Source: Marsupella aquatica
Lineage: Eukaryota > Plantae > Marchantiophyta
Length of the DNA stretch: 64,000 nt
NCBI GenBank assembly: GCA_973895155.1
Contig: OZ316891.1
Location: 27,905,145-27,969,144 of the forward strand
Direction: 5' to 3'
Made by a program: the position numbers and the translations under genes. The stretch's first letter is position 1. Every line of letters starts with the position of its first letter. The notes beneath the pieces are model-generated. The model ran no database searches. It saw only the letters and a list, made by a program, of their open reading frames with translations, and was not told where the DNA came from. This document shows positions 50,861 through 63,610 of this stretch, piece after piece.

Positions 50861-53800
50861 CTAAAATATCCGTTGGAAAAAGACAAAATAGGGAATAACC
50901 GTTATATTGAACGACGACCTATTGGGCAGTTTCGATCTCTCACATAAGCCATTCAAGTTCTGCCTCTCCAGCACAAGCCTGACTTTGCCTAAAGTCAAAA
51001 TAGGTTGGCTACAAAGAGTCGACTCCTCAATCTCAAGTTTGAAAACATTTATGTACACCGAGTATAGATGTTTGCAAGGCATGTACGACTTGCCACGCGA
51101 ATGTCGGAGGAAGAAGTCTTCACAAGAGCAAGCGGGGAAGATACAGATTTGGACGAAGTATGTGCTTGGTGATCAATGGTTCTCATGGGTTCAAATTCGA
51201 AATTGCTTTCCAAAAGCATTTCCGGTCTGAACATTCCATTCCCCATCCAAACTCATCACTTCTTGTCGTGCAGACTCCATTCGCTTCGTGTGACCCACAG
51301 TGAGATTAGACCGAGGCCTTGAGTTCCTCCCATTCTGACTACCAAGTCGGAGATTCGGCTCCAAAAACCTTATTGTTTCTGGGAACACGTTAACATTTAT
51401 CCTGAGGTCAAAAGCAGATGGCACAGATTGACTCAATCCTGTTGTTCGCGCTAAGACAAGTCCTTGCTCTTCCAGGAATGTAATTTCAGAAGGAGACAGG
51501 CTCGTACCCTTCAGAATAGGCAAAATGTCAAGAAAAGGAGGAAGCTTCTGAACACCACGACGCGGATGACTCTTGTAACACGCTTGGTTCAGGCAAAACC
51601 AAATCATTTCGGAGATGGGTTCGCCCCTGAAGAGACGATGGCCCTTCACGACAATTCCGACAACACCTTCAGACGAATGGAAGCCAACCTTCTTGATACG
51701 ATTTCAACACTCATCGCGATCCGAACTCCCATTTAGTGTACCATTGCATTGCGGACCTGCTCCATACTTCGATGTCCGTCGCAACTGCCACTGCCCCAGA
51801 GGGACATCCTTCTCTAGCACAATTGTGCATGGAAGTTGATTCTGAAGTGCTGCTAGGGCACTGAGCGGAGGTTTTGAGGATCTTGTTGTTCGGGTTGTTT
51901 GAGGAGTATAGTCCAGTGAATCAGTATCACTCTCTGATGTGACCATACCTGAGAGATTCACCGCCTTTGTGACAGGATGATCAAAACTTGAGGGAATAGA
52001 AGAAAAGTCAGTTCTGTTCAGGTTCTTCCTTTTCAAACCACGAGTATTTGGTGTGGTTATTAGAACGGTGTCATGCCGACGGGAATCTTGTGGAGAGACA
52101 GTCCCAGTTGCATGTCCCTTCCTCTTCATTGACTTCATCATTATATCTCCATTCAGGGGAGTACTTCTTTCCAAATCGAATTCTGCTGCGTTAGATAGAA
52201 GCATATTAGTCGCTTCTTCAAACAATCTTGGCGAACCTGCTTGATCGGCGGAACGGAACGCCAATTCCCATATAGTTGGCCCCTTCCCCCGGTTCAAGCC
52301 TTTACGGTATGCACTGTATCCGGCAACTTGAGATAGAGCACGGTTTTGGTCAACTTCGCAAGCTTCATAAAGACCGACCTTTTTCTTTGTAGCCGAGGCT
52401 TTCATGGACGCATGCCTTGATTCTGACCCTGTACAGTTGGGGATCAAGGCACCTTCCTCAACGCTTTTGCTCTGCCATACGAAAATGTCAACCGTAAGTA
52501 GTATTCTATTACCAGCGCCCGGCGCTGGCAACATAAATATGTAGAACAAGCCTGAAATACAATTTCAATGTTTAATACTGAATTCTAACTACATATTGGC
52601 TTCAATTTCTTGTACTACTTATTTTGACGTGTATGGAGAAAATAACCAGCGCCTGGCGCTAATATGAAGTTGATGAACATTACAGTCTAGATAGATGGAT
52701 GCCTTACCACTCGAATAAAATTGCCCCACTGGCGCCAACGAACAACCCACCAAGATATCCAGCTTTGCAGCATCTTCAGCTTTCCGGGGACACAGTTTCC
52801 TGATTGCCACCACACAACAATCTCTCGAGACACCCGGTATGCTGCCACAAATGATGGAGCATTTCTCAGTTTCTCCCAAAGTCTCCGATGCTCCGAATGA
52901 CATTCTTCCAGTACTCCTTCCTTGGAATGACGATGAAAAGATTGATAAAAGTGAAATGCATCAGAGCGCTCCTGTGACGCCAATGACATGGTCCATATTT
53001 TGTAATCTGATTAAGTAGGTTGCTGTATGCAAGGAGTAGCTATTGATATTGCATAACAATTAGCAAGATGGCAAGAATAAGGGCAATCATGGCGTTAAGA
53101 GTAGGGAAATAAAAGCTATGTCGCAGGTGGTCGGCGACCATATCTCTTTCAATATGTCACCAAATCCGGATCTGTAAAGAGCATTGGAAAGATCTGGTCA
53201 AGGCGAGTAAAATCGATATAAAACACTCGGGAAACGGAGGTGTATTAAGAAAGATACGGCCTGATTAGTGTGACGGGTTAACTTGTGGCTGGAATTAGCG
53301 GATTCGGCTTCAGTTTCGGGTTAACCCAAGCTCGACCACGGCTTAGCTTATGTGAGCACGGCTTCAGCTTAGCTCAGGTCAGCACGGCTTCAGCTTAGCT
53401 TAGGTCAGCACGGCTTCAGCTTAGCTCAGGTAAGCATGGCTTCAGCTTAGGCTTAACCTAGGTTCGGATTAGATTGAACTCGGGTTAGCCTAAACTCGGG
53501 CTCAGGTTAGCATAGGTAAGCTCGGGTTTGGGCTCAGCTTAGGCTAGGTTAGCCGAACTAGGGTTAGCTATGTAACTCGGGTTAGCGCAGCAGTGAGTAC
53601 CCCCTCTCGGTTGCGGGGGCATAACTCTCTCTGTATTTGACCAAATCGGCTATAATTGACCTCGTTGGAAAGAGGAGCTCAAGCCGCTTCCAACGCTGTT
53701 ATCCACGCAGCAAATGGTTGAATACAGAAATCGGGAGAGGAGGCGTAAGCTCGCAAAAACAATGGAGGAGGGCCGAATCCGAAGTACATAGCCAATTCGA

Positions 53801-56800
53801 GATAGAAATAAAGTTGCGAGTTAGGGTTCAGTAGTTAGAGATAGTGGCGGCTCTATTAGGGCTGGGATGGGGCTCCAGCAGCGTAGCATCCACCCATTTG
53901 GGCTCAATGAGAGAGTATATAGAGCATCCCTCCGGTAGAGGCAGGGAGGGGACTTCAGTTGTGTGATCTCACTTACTCTGAGCAGCGGGGAGGAGCTCTG
54001 TGCAAGCAAGGCTAGACTTGGACGCTGTGTGTTGGGGAGAGCTTGGTTGTGCTATTACTCAGGGAGTAATCAGCCAAGCTTCACAGCAACGGGTTGCTAG
54101 GTTTGCGAGCTGGATTGTGGCTCTTTCTAGTGGGCAGCACAACTGGGTTCTTTTCCCCCGATATAGAGCCTTGGTGATAGGTGATGTATTGGTGATTGTA
54201 AACTGTGGGGAGGATTTCAATTCGATTTGCGGTGGGCACATTAGGGAGGCTGAGGTACTGATTAAGGGGCAGCAGGAGGAACATTTACAGTTCAGTCTGG
54301 CAAGGCTACGTGACCCATGGGGAGTCCCGGCCTTTGTCTGGTGGAGAGCACTAAGGGATCTATGGCCAGAGCTGAGCTTGCAGGGCAAGCGTGAGGCCGG
54401 ACCTCATTGCAGTCTGGGGTAGATCGCCGTTAGGCCTGGTACCAGCTTTGAAGTCGAGTCAACTATGCATGTGTAACTTGACGTTCTGAATTGGAGGTGT
54501 GAGATCTGTATGTGCCCCCAAGAATGAAGTGCAGTGAAGGAGGTTGAGTTCAGGATTGGGCTTGCAGGGCAAGCACGTCACAATCTGGAGGAGACAGCCT
54601 TCGGCCCTAGTGTTCGGATCAAGTGTTCTCAATGAACTATTGTGCACATCTTTGAATCTAATTGAGTTTTCCTCTCAGGCCTCATTTCTCTCATGGATGT
54701 GTGTGTGTGTGAGGCAATCTGAGTGTATGATGGAACTAGCAGCGCCACTGAGAGGTGTACCGGGTGCATTGAAGCGGGCTGGGTGAGGACTGTCATAGCT
54801 CTGATTGTTGAGAGTGGAATGGCAGAGTGGTGGGGCAATGGCTTAGAAGTCCCTAAGCCGGGAATCAGTCAGGAGTCACTGGTTTATGGGTACATTCCGG
54901 CGGCGGAATAGAAACATACCTATGACAGTAAGCATATGTATAGACCTATGCGCACCGTAGCGCTAGGCCCTGTGTGTACGGGCCCGATATGAAGACCCCT
55001 TCTCACCAGAACTATCATGAGCGCAGATGTGATCCCCAACCTTGGTTCCTTGGGATTGAGCTTGGGTGATGTGTGATAGAGTCTTGCTATGATAGTCTGG
55101 TGTTAAGGGCATAAACTGGTGTTTACCGGCATTCACAACATCCCTTCATGATCCTCAGGTACAAGGAGATGGTTTTGGCACCCATAGTGACGTCTTTGGT
55201 GTTAAGACCCATGTCAATCGCGTGACAGCTCCCTCTCCGGGTCCGAGTGTCCACCAAAAAAAACATTTCGCACTGCATTCCATCCAGCTTGTGCATTGTC
55301 AGCCATAAATCGTTGGATGACAACCTCCTGAAGTTCATTTTCTTTGCAAACCTCAATCATCACCCTCCATGCCTTTTCGAAGGACTCAGTGTCTTCACCT
55401 TTCAACTCGCATGTGAAAATTGTACACAGTGCACGGAAATTGTGGTCGTAGACGTGTGCGCTAAAAGTAAACCAATCCGTGGTGACACGCTGCATCACAT
55501 CGAAACTTACCCAAGCTCCTTCGAGTCTTCCACCCGGTTGCATCTGCCTCAAAAGATCCACACCGGAACCGTGACCTTTCACGGTCATTTTAAAGATGTG
55601 AGGCCTATCGTTCTGACATCCCTGACCTGGAAGCAAATACCTCTAGAGAAACGACACATGAATCCTCCTCTACATTTGCGAGAGAAAATCTAATTCACCC
55701 CGACCTTTTTGGTCTATCCTAACGCTCCGACAAAGAGATGCAAACTTCTGCGGAGTGGAAAGGACCATCAGAGACTTCCATATTTCAGTTTCTTCGATAT
55801 CGACCATGTCGTCAACATGTTCGCAGAGAGATTTCACTAAGGACCCTGTAGCAGAATTCAAGATCCCTGCCGGTTTTGACAGAGGATTGGCTTCATGTTT
55901 TTTTAATTGGATCCTCAGCTATCTTCTCCGCACTCCTACAGAAGGTTTTTCTACCTGGATGGTTGTGCTCACCTATATGAATTGCGAGGCGGGACATATG
56001 ACTACATGTTTCCGCATCAAGTAATACTTGGGGGTACATGTAAAACAAACGGGCAGGGCAGTACTTCACGCAAAAAGGAATCTGTTCGCAGTAATGACAA
56101 ACAACACCTTCCTCTTCGATGAAAGATCCCATAGCATACTGACCATTGAGCTTTGGAGTACCCTGCCATGCCTTAGCATTTGCCTTCTTCTTCCTTTGGA
56201 AATAGTCGCAGGACTTGTTCCTGCATTCAATGAATCCCGTACAGGTAACCTTCCCAAACTGCCAAAGGTTTTTAGGATGAACAGTTGCAGTTGTTGGAAA
56301 TATGCGTGTCCAAATATAACAATCTTTGGCACGATCCATGTCCCTAAGCCTAGAGCCTTTAGAGAGCATCTTATCAATGGGCGGCAACTCAAACACGACG
56401 TTACCATTGTACTTAGTTGGCAGACAGGACACTTGTTCATGCCTGAAATCACTTGCTAATATGAACCGTGACAACTCACTATGACCAGTTGATTTGAGTA
56501 ACGTATCCATCGCACTGCGCCGGTACACGACCTCCAACTGCTTAGAGCTTCCCGGAGTCTCAGCTTTCACGACAGCAGGGAGCTCAAAAATATGAATATT
56601 TTTGGATATTTCTATTAATACTTACTCTTTCTATCATTCTAATTTTCTCAATCTCAAAATTGATAACCCCTGAAAATAAAGGACCAGAAAAATGGACCAC
56701 TTATGAATCAGGCATAGAACCTACGAAAGGCGCTCGTATCCAATTTCAAATTAACCTAAGTCAATATTTAATTTTTTCGGAAAACTTTGGGATTGTTTAA

Positions 56801-57249
56801 TATTATAAACACACAGAACCATCTTATTAATGTTCGGGATGGATTGGTGTGGTTCCTCCATGCCTGAGACACCAGAATATCAACCCATAAACAGAAAGGG
56901 GGGGCATGTCCAAAAAAGTATCCTGAAAGAACCTCTTATACCCTGCCCCTTTCTTCTTCGACGGTGGACTTAGAGTACGATCTCCATCCTCACTTGAAGA
57001 AATCTCAACCACATCACATGGAACCAGCGGGAAACTGGACAGTCCTGCATACTGTCTTAAATGAACCGAGTACGAGATCCCTGCGTAGAGATGCCAAAAC
57101 CGTTCACCATCATCGACATTGAACGTTGCAGCATCCTCGATATCATCAATGGATTCGAGCTCTCGAACAATGGCCTCAATGTCATTCATCTTCAAATCAA
57201 ATCTCCCGCAGAGATACCTCTCCTAGACCTGTTTGTACGTATCTTCCAT
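50861..57249 (-). pseudogene. MULE/MuDR-like transposase: GCM/WRKY-like Zn finger, DDE domain and C-terminal SWIM finger; several nonsense codons; split by a solo LTR
   Basis: CTGFIEC..C...CHYC...CPAR...HIGEHNHP. Catalytic WVSFD, FMADNAQAGWNAVRNVF, DPERE|RSDAFHF (rejoined across the LTR) and NCTGSESRHASMK. SWIM YFVQI..FPACSCEDF...PCKHLYSV. An in-frame intron lies at 52472-52707. Confidence 0.85.
52973..55227. mobile_element. Solo LTR (2255 bp, probably Ty3/gypsy-type) with a 5-bp TSD
   Basis: TGTGACGCCAATGACATGG...CCATGTCAATCGCGTGACA, with GCTCC at 52968-52972 and 55228-55232. Excision restores the transposase frame. Internal ~25-bp tandem gcacggcttcagcttagctcaggtca at ~53355-53450. Confidence 0.9.
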
Positions 57250-58276
57250 GGGGACGGGGATAGTCACAATATCTTCAGGACCGAATCGAGAAAGAACGAT
57301 AGACCGAGACATGGTGAACAAAAACAAAAACCGAGGGCTATAGCGTTTGAAAGAAGAAAAGTTCATGGTATTGTTCAGCTTATATCTGTCGAACCTGGGA
57401 ATTTGACGTTAACCGATCCGTTTGTATACGACATAAAACATAGACGATGGAGGATCCGTTGGCACCATAAATGATTTTTGTCATTTTTTCCCTGAGAAGT
57501 CCGGATGTCAGACATGAACATATTGCTAAAAAGATCACCAACCTTACTTAAACAGACCATAAGATATGACAAGGTATTGTCAAATTTTAGTAGCGCCTGG
57601 CGCTAACTAAAATACGCCACTAAAAATGTGTCTGAAATCTTGACATTCCAAACTAGCGCCCGGCGCTAGTATAGAATAAATTCCCTGAAAATGAACATTA
57701 TGACCACATACCAGGTGGTAATTGGGAATAAATGGTGCCTTCAAAGGATGGTTTTGATTGATTATGGATGATAAATGAACATTTATACTAGCGCCGGGCG
57801 CTAGTATTACATTTGAGAAATATTTCTCCGTAAACGATGTACTGAAGGATACTTTAATAAAATATGGGGGTGGAAAGGCCAAAATTTATGTCATAGCTCC
57901 TTCAAAAAAGACCTCTAAATTTCTTCCAGTTTATACTAGCGTCGGGCGCTATTATAAGCATACTCTAAATTGTTCACCTTGATGGTCATCATTAATGCTA
58001 GCGCTCGGCGCTAGTATTGATATGATGTTAGGAAATGTCTTTAACGGTAACATTCAACGGTAACTTATGACTTCCGTGTGTGTTACGCATCTTCTACCAT
58101 TTGATTTTGGTAATTAAACCTTCCGAATACAGACGTTGGAAACCGCCAAACATCAGAGCTAATGGCTTTCCTCTAGGTTATGTCATCCTCCCGCTAGAAT
58201 ATATTACACGTTCAGAGATGATTATAGTTCCATAATTTCATTGTACGATAGTTCGTACGCTTCTAGAAGGAAGACG
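57250..58276. promoter_or_regulatory. Putative bidirectional promoter between the transposase and the ParB-MTase gene, with five palindromes
   Basis: Divergent ATGs at 57249 (-) and 58277 (+). Palindromes at 57592, 57655, 57790, 57938 and 58000. Confidence 0.6.
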
Positions 58277-61200
58277 ATGGAGGTATTCCCCTCTTCTTCC
58301 AAAGGGTATAGTGCGGTTCCTGACCAGGAGCGAGCTTATTCTGAATCTTCGCAGTCTTCGTTTACTGGTTCAGTCTATACACGTCGTGTAACTCGTTCCT
58401 CAAAGTTGTTGCCGCTCACTTCTGTCAGCGGTGTTTTGGGTCCAAATCCTTTGCGAAGAAAGATGGACAACGTAGACACAATTGCGATCCAGGATGTTGC
58501 GGATTGCGCGCTTGTTGAGACTGATCTCATTTCGAAACATGTCATGTCTTTTGGAAAGGATTCTCGTGGATTTGACAAGGAGCCGCCTTGAATCCCTCTG
58601 TGTTGATTGGTTCACATGGAGGTGGTTCATACTCTGTAGAAAGACAGCTCTTCCATCGAGAAGCTGAAAGACTCTTTTCGTAGTATGGGTTACAACTCTT
58701 CGATAGGGATGCGTTTCTATGTGCAGCCAACGGATGAGAATGGAATTGTTCTGACCTGTACCCAGGACATTCGTGATTCATGGGATCCAATATGGCAATT
58801 GGAGAACGAGAAGTTTGAGGCTGAATGCGAGGCTGACCCGGATTTTCTCGTCTTGAAGGATAAGATGTTCTTTGTATTCGATGGAAATCACAGGCTGTAC
58901 TCCTGGACACTTGTAACAGAGGAGAACCCGGACAATCCAAAATATCATCCTCGTGTGCTCTGTACAATATTTAAAGGAGACAAGGGATCTCTCATTGAAA
59001 TTGAGGCAGCTATGCACACCGTGAATCAGTAAGTTCTCATGATTTCCAGTTCTTTCCTTAAATCTTGCGAGTGCTGTATTTACTAGCGCTCGGCGCTGCT
59101 TATACATGAATTGTTTTTCATTGACTCTTACTCTCAACGTTTGTTCGTGTAGGCTTGGCCAAGCAGTTGTAGAGCCTTGGATCCTGGATGCGAACAGAAT
59201 CAAACGAATTCTGGCGTATGACCTTGAGTATTACAATAAACTGATTGACCCGGGTAATTTCAAGAAGTTTGAAAGCATTCGGCTGAAAACTCGGAAGGGG
59301 TCATGGTATACGAAGAAGATGCCACAAGAAGCACTTGCTTACATTCTTTGTGAGAATAAGATAAAGTCGTACTCGCATCAATTCAAACTCGACATGGAGG
59401 CAGCGGAGGCTCAAGGGAGTCCATGGTCGGCGCACGAGATTTCAAAACGGCATGCGGCCATGATGAAAGATGCAACCAAAGATTGGGCAGTGAAGTCTTC
59501 AAAAATTATGCCCTTATTAAGTCCTGAATTTGAAGATTTCCTCAGTTTATGTGCAGAAATGTATGCTGTCACAGAGAGAAACAAGAGAGAGAAGAAGCCT
59601 GACACCGTTGTATGTACGATGGACCGCGCACGATTGTTCACCGCTGTTTCTGCTCTAGACCCGAAGTTACGAAGCACTTTACTTGTGGCACATTGCAATC
59701 CTGAGCTGCGGAGACAGTTTTTTCACCCAGCAAGTGTTAACGATGATCCAGTCAAACAGTGGTGCCACACTTGGATCACTTGGAATAGTGTGGAGGGAAT
59801 TGCTGCTGGCATGTTACATTCATGTCTACGTGAAGTTGAGCAAACCATGCCCGCAATTAGATTGGAAGAGTGGAATTGTAGTTCGTTTGATGATCTAGTT
59901 CAGTTTGTTACAAATGAATTCAAGAGATTTGGTGATTCCATGAAGAATAAGTTCTTTCACACTATGTGGCCTTCAAAGTACCCTGACAAAGAAGATTACA
60001 CCCAGAGAAACCAGAAGCGAGCGAAGAGGTTTGTGTATAGGTTCTACATGCACATGGAGGTAACCAAACCTGATTACTTCTGGGCATATCCTGCAGCTTT
60101 TATGAAGTGGATTTCAATAAGTGAAGATGATGCCTTGGCTGATTTGTACTCTATGTACCCCACGGAGGGCATATTTCCTCCGAGACCAATGACAGAATGG
60201 GAGAGAACTCACTGCCCCTGGTATCTAGATACAGATAGATGGGATTCTCCTTTTGATCAAAGGGAAAAAGATGCCTTCCATAAGCTTTCAAAGTCTCAGA
60301 TGCCAGCAAAACTTGTGTCCGACATGAAGCAGGGTCTACTTGACGATGTAGACAAGTCTGCCACAAACTTGCAAACTATCTGTCAAACAACTGTTGTGCA
60401 TGTGGACCGCAGTCGCAAACCTCGCGCGAAAGCCAAAGCGGAGCTAGCAGCACCGAGCGAGTCTACTAAATCTGGAAAGAAGAGTAAGTATTGCTATCCA
60501 TGATTTTGCCAGCGCCAGGCGCTGGCAAAAAATATTCTGTTGAGGGTATTCTCTTTCTTGGTTATTAGGCTTCGGTTGCGACTTAAGTGAATTGCATTTG
60601 GTTAGCGCCAGGCGCTAGCTTCTTTCAATACTTTAAAAGTACTTATTCTAACTACGACCTGGTTATATTTTAGGAGGGAGGAAGTCTAATACGGTGGGAA
60701 CGGGAGATACGAAAAAGGATGCTACACCTGAAGTTTCCGAGGCAAACACGGGAGCTCGATCGGACCCCATTACTCCAGTCAACAAAGGGAAGGTTATAGT
60801 TCCTATCGACGCCACGAGTACCAGGAAGAAACGAAAGAGAGCTGTCGAAGGTGGACAATCTTTAAGGGAGAGTGTTATAGCTTCTGGTTTCCAACGTGAA
60901 GTTGGAAACTTCAAAACAACTGTGTCTCGCCATTGCATGGTTGAGACAAGCCTTTCTGAATTTTTTGACTCGACTTTCAACAAGGAGGAGAAGCCCGAGT
61001 GGGTTAGTGATGTGGAGAAATGGGGAAAAGACCTCGTTAAGTTGGGATTTAAAGAGAAGGGAGTTGTTTGGGGGGGAAAAGTAAGATCGTTTGGAGTGGA
61101 TGCCGGCTTCATTTACCTACCGATCGGGTTCAAACCATCTATCATTGATAAGAAGGTTCCTAAATGGAACATTCCAGATCACTCAATGGCTAGATCTTTT

Positions 61201-62363
61201 TTCAAATCCATGGATCCATTTTTATCAGATGATGGGTTCCTTGTAATTCTACACAATGGGGAGTACGATCCCATGTCGCAAGTCATTGCTGCCTGTCAGG
61301 AGTCAAGGAAATTTCAGTGTATATGCTTGCATAATGTTGTGATGTCTGACCCGATGTATGCGGCAAAGACAGACCGAGAGATGTTTACCCTCAGGCTCGA
61401 CATATTTGGCCGAATTAATGGGAAATGTAAAATTCCCAAAGACCCCAAATTTTGGCCGCTGTCCATCAGTGAGGACCCTTCGGTTACCAATTTGATCGAA
61501 CTCTCTTCGCTCAAATCAGATCCATTCCCGCAAATGGAGTTTGCTAGAAATGCTCGTCTGTCTGTGGGTTTTATGCAATCTGTTATAGAGCTTGTCACAC
61601 GGCCTCGTGATATTTTTATGGATTGGACTGCTGGGGCTGGAGGCTCTTACATTGCTGGCGACTTCTCTGGACGATTTGTACTCGGGATAGAACACCGGAA
61701 AGAATTTATTGAAACCGCTTCAAAGGTTTTCATGGATTTGTTGTCTCCCAAAGAGATTGCAGTGTTACCTCCACCTGTTCCTACTGCCGACAGAAAAAAA
61801 AAGATAAGCTTCGGTCGGTTCTCAATTTTGATGCTGATGATGAATCGAGTGAAGGTGGAGAGGAACAAGGTACAAGAAACTCCGAGGAGGAAAAGGGAGA
61901 GCGTCGTGCAGCTGCAGATGAAACCGATAGTGATGACTCTTCCGAGTAATGTTCATAAACTCGTAAGCTTCTTTCTCCATTCCCGTCAATTCATAACATT
62001 TCTTTTGTTGTTTTGGGGAAAGGCGCCTTACAAAATGGACTTTGTTATATCAGGTCAGAGTGGAATGCAAGGAGATGATTCAAACTACAGAGGAAGATCG
62101 CGAGACACAACGTAGAAACACCGGAAAAACCATTTGTTCTTCCCTCCTATGCAGAGAAAGCCGCAAGGAAAGCAGAAAGTGCAAGGACACTTTGCTGGGA
62201 AAACAAAGGTCTTCGGTTACGAAGGGGTGTTGACTGAAAGTTCATTAAACATCCTTATGTTGATGACTTCTCCCGCAGCCAGTACGTAGATGATGAGGCT
62301 GTGTCCACGGACAGATCCCAGAGTACAGATTCTGGTTCCGACTTAGAATCTTCGGAACCGTGA
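58277..62363 (+). pseudogene. ParB/sulfiredoxin-like domain plus beta-class N4C/N6A DNA-methyltransferase-like fusion gene (exons 58277-59028, 59153-60483, 60674-~61945; 3' end approximate); three premature stops in exon 1
   Basis: ParB-like IPLC*LVHMEVV.TL*...IEKLKDSF.SMGY...FFVFDGNHRLYSW. MTase-like VDAGFIYLPIG (motif IV position) followed by LSVGFMQSVIELVTRPRDIFMDWTAGAGGSYIAGDFSGRFVLGIE (motifs X-I-II). Both GT-AG introns keep the frame. Confidence 0.78.
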
Positions 62364-62689
62364 GAAGTAGTGGGTAGTTGAGGCTAAATCTTTTAGCAGC
62401 GCCCGACGCTTGTAACATCTGTATTATTTCCCTCTGTTGAGGGTCCTTTTAAATTGTTGATTTCTCTCTACTTGTTGATTACTTTTGACTTCTGTTCTTT
62501 ACAAGCGCCTGGCGCTCGCCAAATGGAATCTCTAAATGGCCGTTTAGTCTTTGTTGTTTCCTGTCAACGGTCATCATCATTGGATACCAACTGCCATTTG
62601 GATTGTGTTCTTTAGTCAGTCGTCGGAAAACCGTTGGGGACCATAGTTTCCGGACGATGATTCCATAGTTTAGGGACTGGGTGGAAGGG

Positions 62690-63000
62690 ACGACTATAGT
62701 TTCAGTTTAGGTTTGTTCGGGACGATGAGAGTTGGGGACGTCGATAGTTGAGGACGACGATAGTTTCGGGAGGATGATAGAACGGGACAATAGAACGGGA
62801 CGATAGAACGGGAGGGGAGACTTTGTTTCGGGATGATGATAGAACGTGACGATAGAACGGGACGATACTTCGTTTGGGAAGACTTTGTTTCGGGAATATG
62901 ATAGAACGGGATGTTAGAGCAGGGTGATAGAATGGGACGATACCTGTTACCAAGGTGAAGATAGTTTCGGGAGGCAATAGAACGGGACGATGATAGTTTG
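62690..63000. repeat. Short degenerate tandem repeats GATAGAACGGGAC / GACGATAGTTT
   Basis: At least 7 atagaa(c/t)g(g/t)ga units plus a duplicated gactttgtttcggga. Confidence 0.8.
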
Positions 63001-63148
63001 ATGGTCGTTTCGAAACGGTAGTGTACGCGGACCTTTATCTGGCGTCTTAGTCTTCGCGGACCTTTCTTTGACCTTTGTCGGCTATAGCACTCGCGGACGA
63101 CGTTCTTATGGGAGGAGAGGTTACATATTAGATCAGGATCTTTGAAAC

Positions 63149-63610
63149 ATGGCGAGTCAATATGAGCCAATGGATTGGGAGGCAACTTTTCGTCCTTCTC
63201 GTGTGCGTCCGGAAGAGAGCCATTTCAGCTCTTTTGAATCGCGGATGGAGACTGAAGAAACTGAAACTTCCACTTTTCGGAACCGTCATGCTCTCCCGTA
63301 TGATGAGGCTATTAGTCCTGGAGAGAAGAACATCCCTTGGATTGTCGATTCCCCTGCGCCTCCGTTCTCTAGTCGGTTTTCATCTCACCCGGGAGTTCTT
63401 GTTGATGGGGTACTCCCAATCGATCGAAGAGTACAAGAAATGTTCGGGCGAGTTGATTTTAAGGACAGTAATATTCCTAATGAACATTTTATGAGGGCTG
63501 TTCGTCGAGGACCTTCAGAGGGATACGTTCGTTTGCGTGGTCTCGGCTTCAAGAAAGATCGGCGGAGAGAAGCAACAGGAGTGGATGATGATTGCAACTC
63601 GGAAAGCTAG
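63149..63610 (+). CDS. Hypothetical 153-aa protein, probable accessory gene of the MULE unit
   Basis: Open ATG-initiated frame with protein-like composition, flanked on both sides by palindromes. No recognisable domain. Confidence 0.45.
   Translation: MASQYEPMDWEATFRPSRVRPEESHFSSFESRMETEETETSTFRNRHALPYDEAISPGEKNIPWIVDSPAPPFSSRFSSHPGVLVDGVLPIDRRVQEMFGRVDFKDSNIPNEHFMRAVRRGPSEGYVRLRGLGFKKDRRREATGVDDDCNSES

Noticed and set aside
53637-54911. Several ORFs inside 52973-55227
   Set aside because: They lie in a TSD-flanked solo LTR and show no gag or pol motifs.
58277-62363. Bacterial or phage contamination or a chimeric assembly explaining ParB-MTase
   Set aside because: The gene has frame-preserving GT-AG introns, plant-type CG/CHG deamination stops, and an adjacent transposase carrying an LTR insertion with a TSD.
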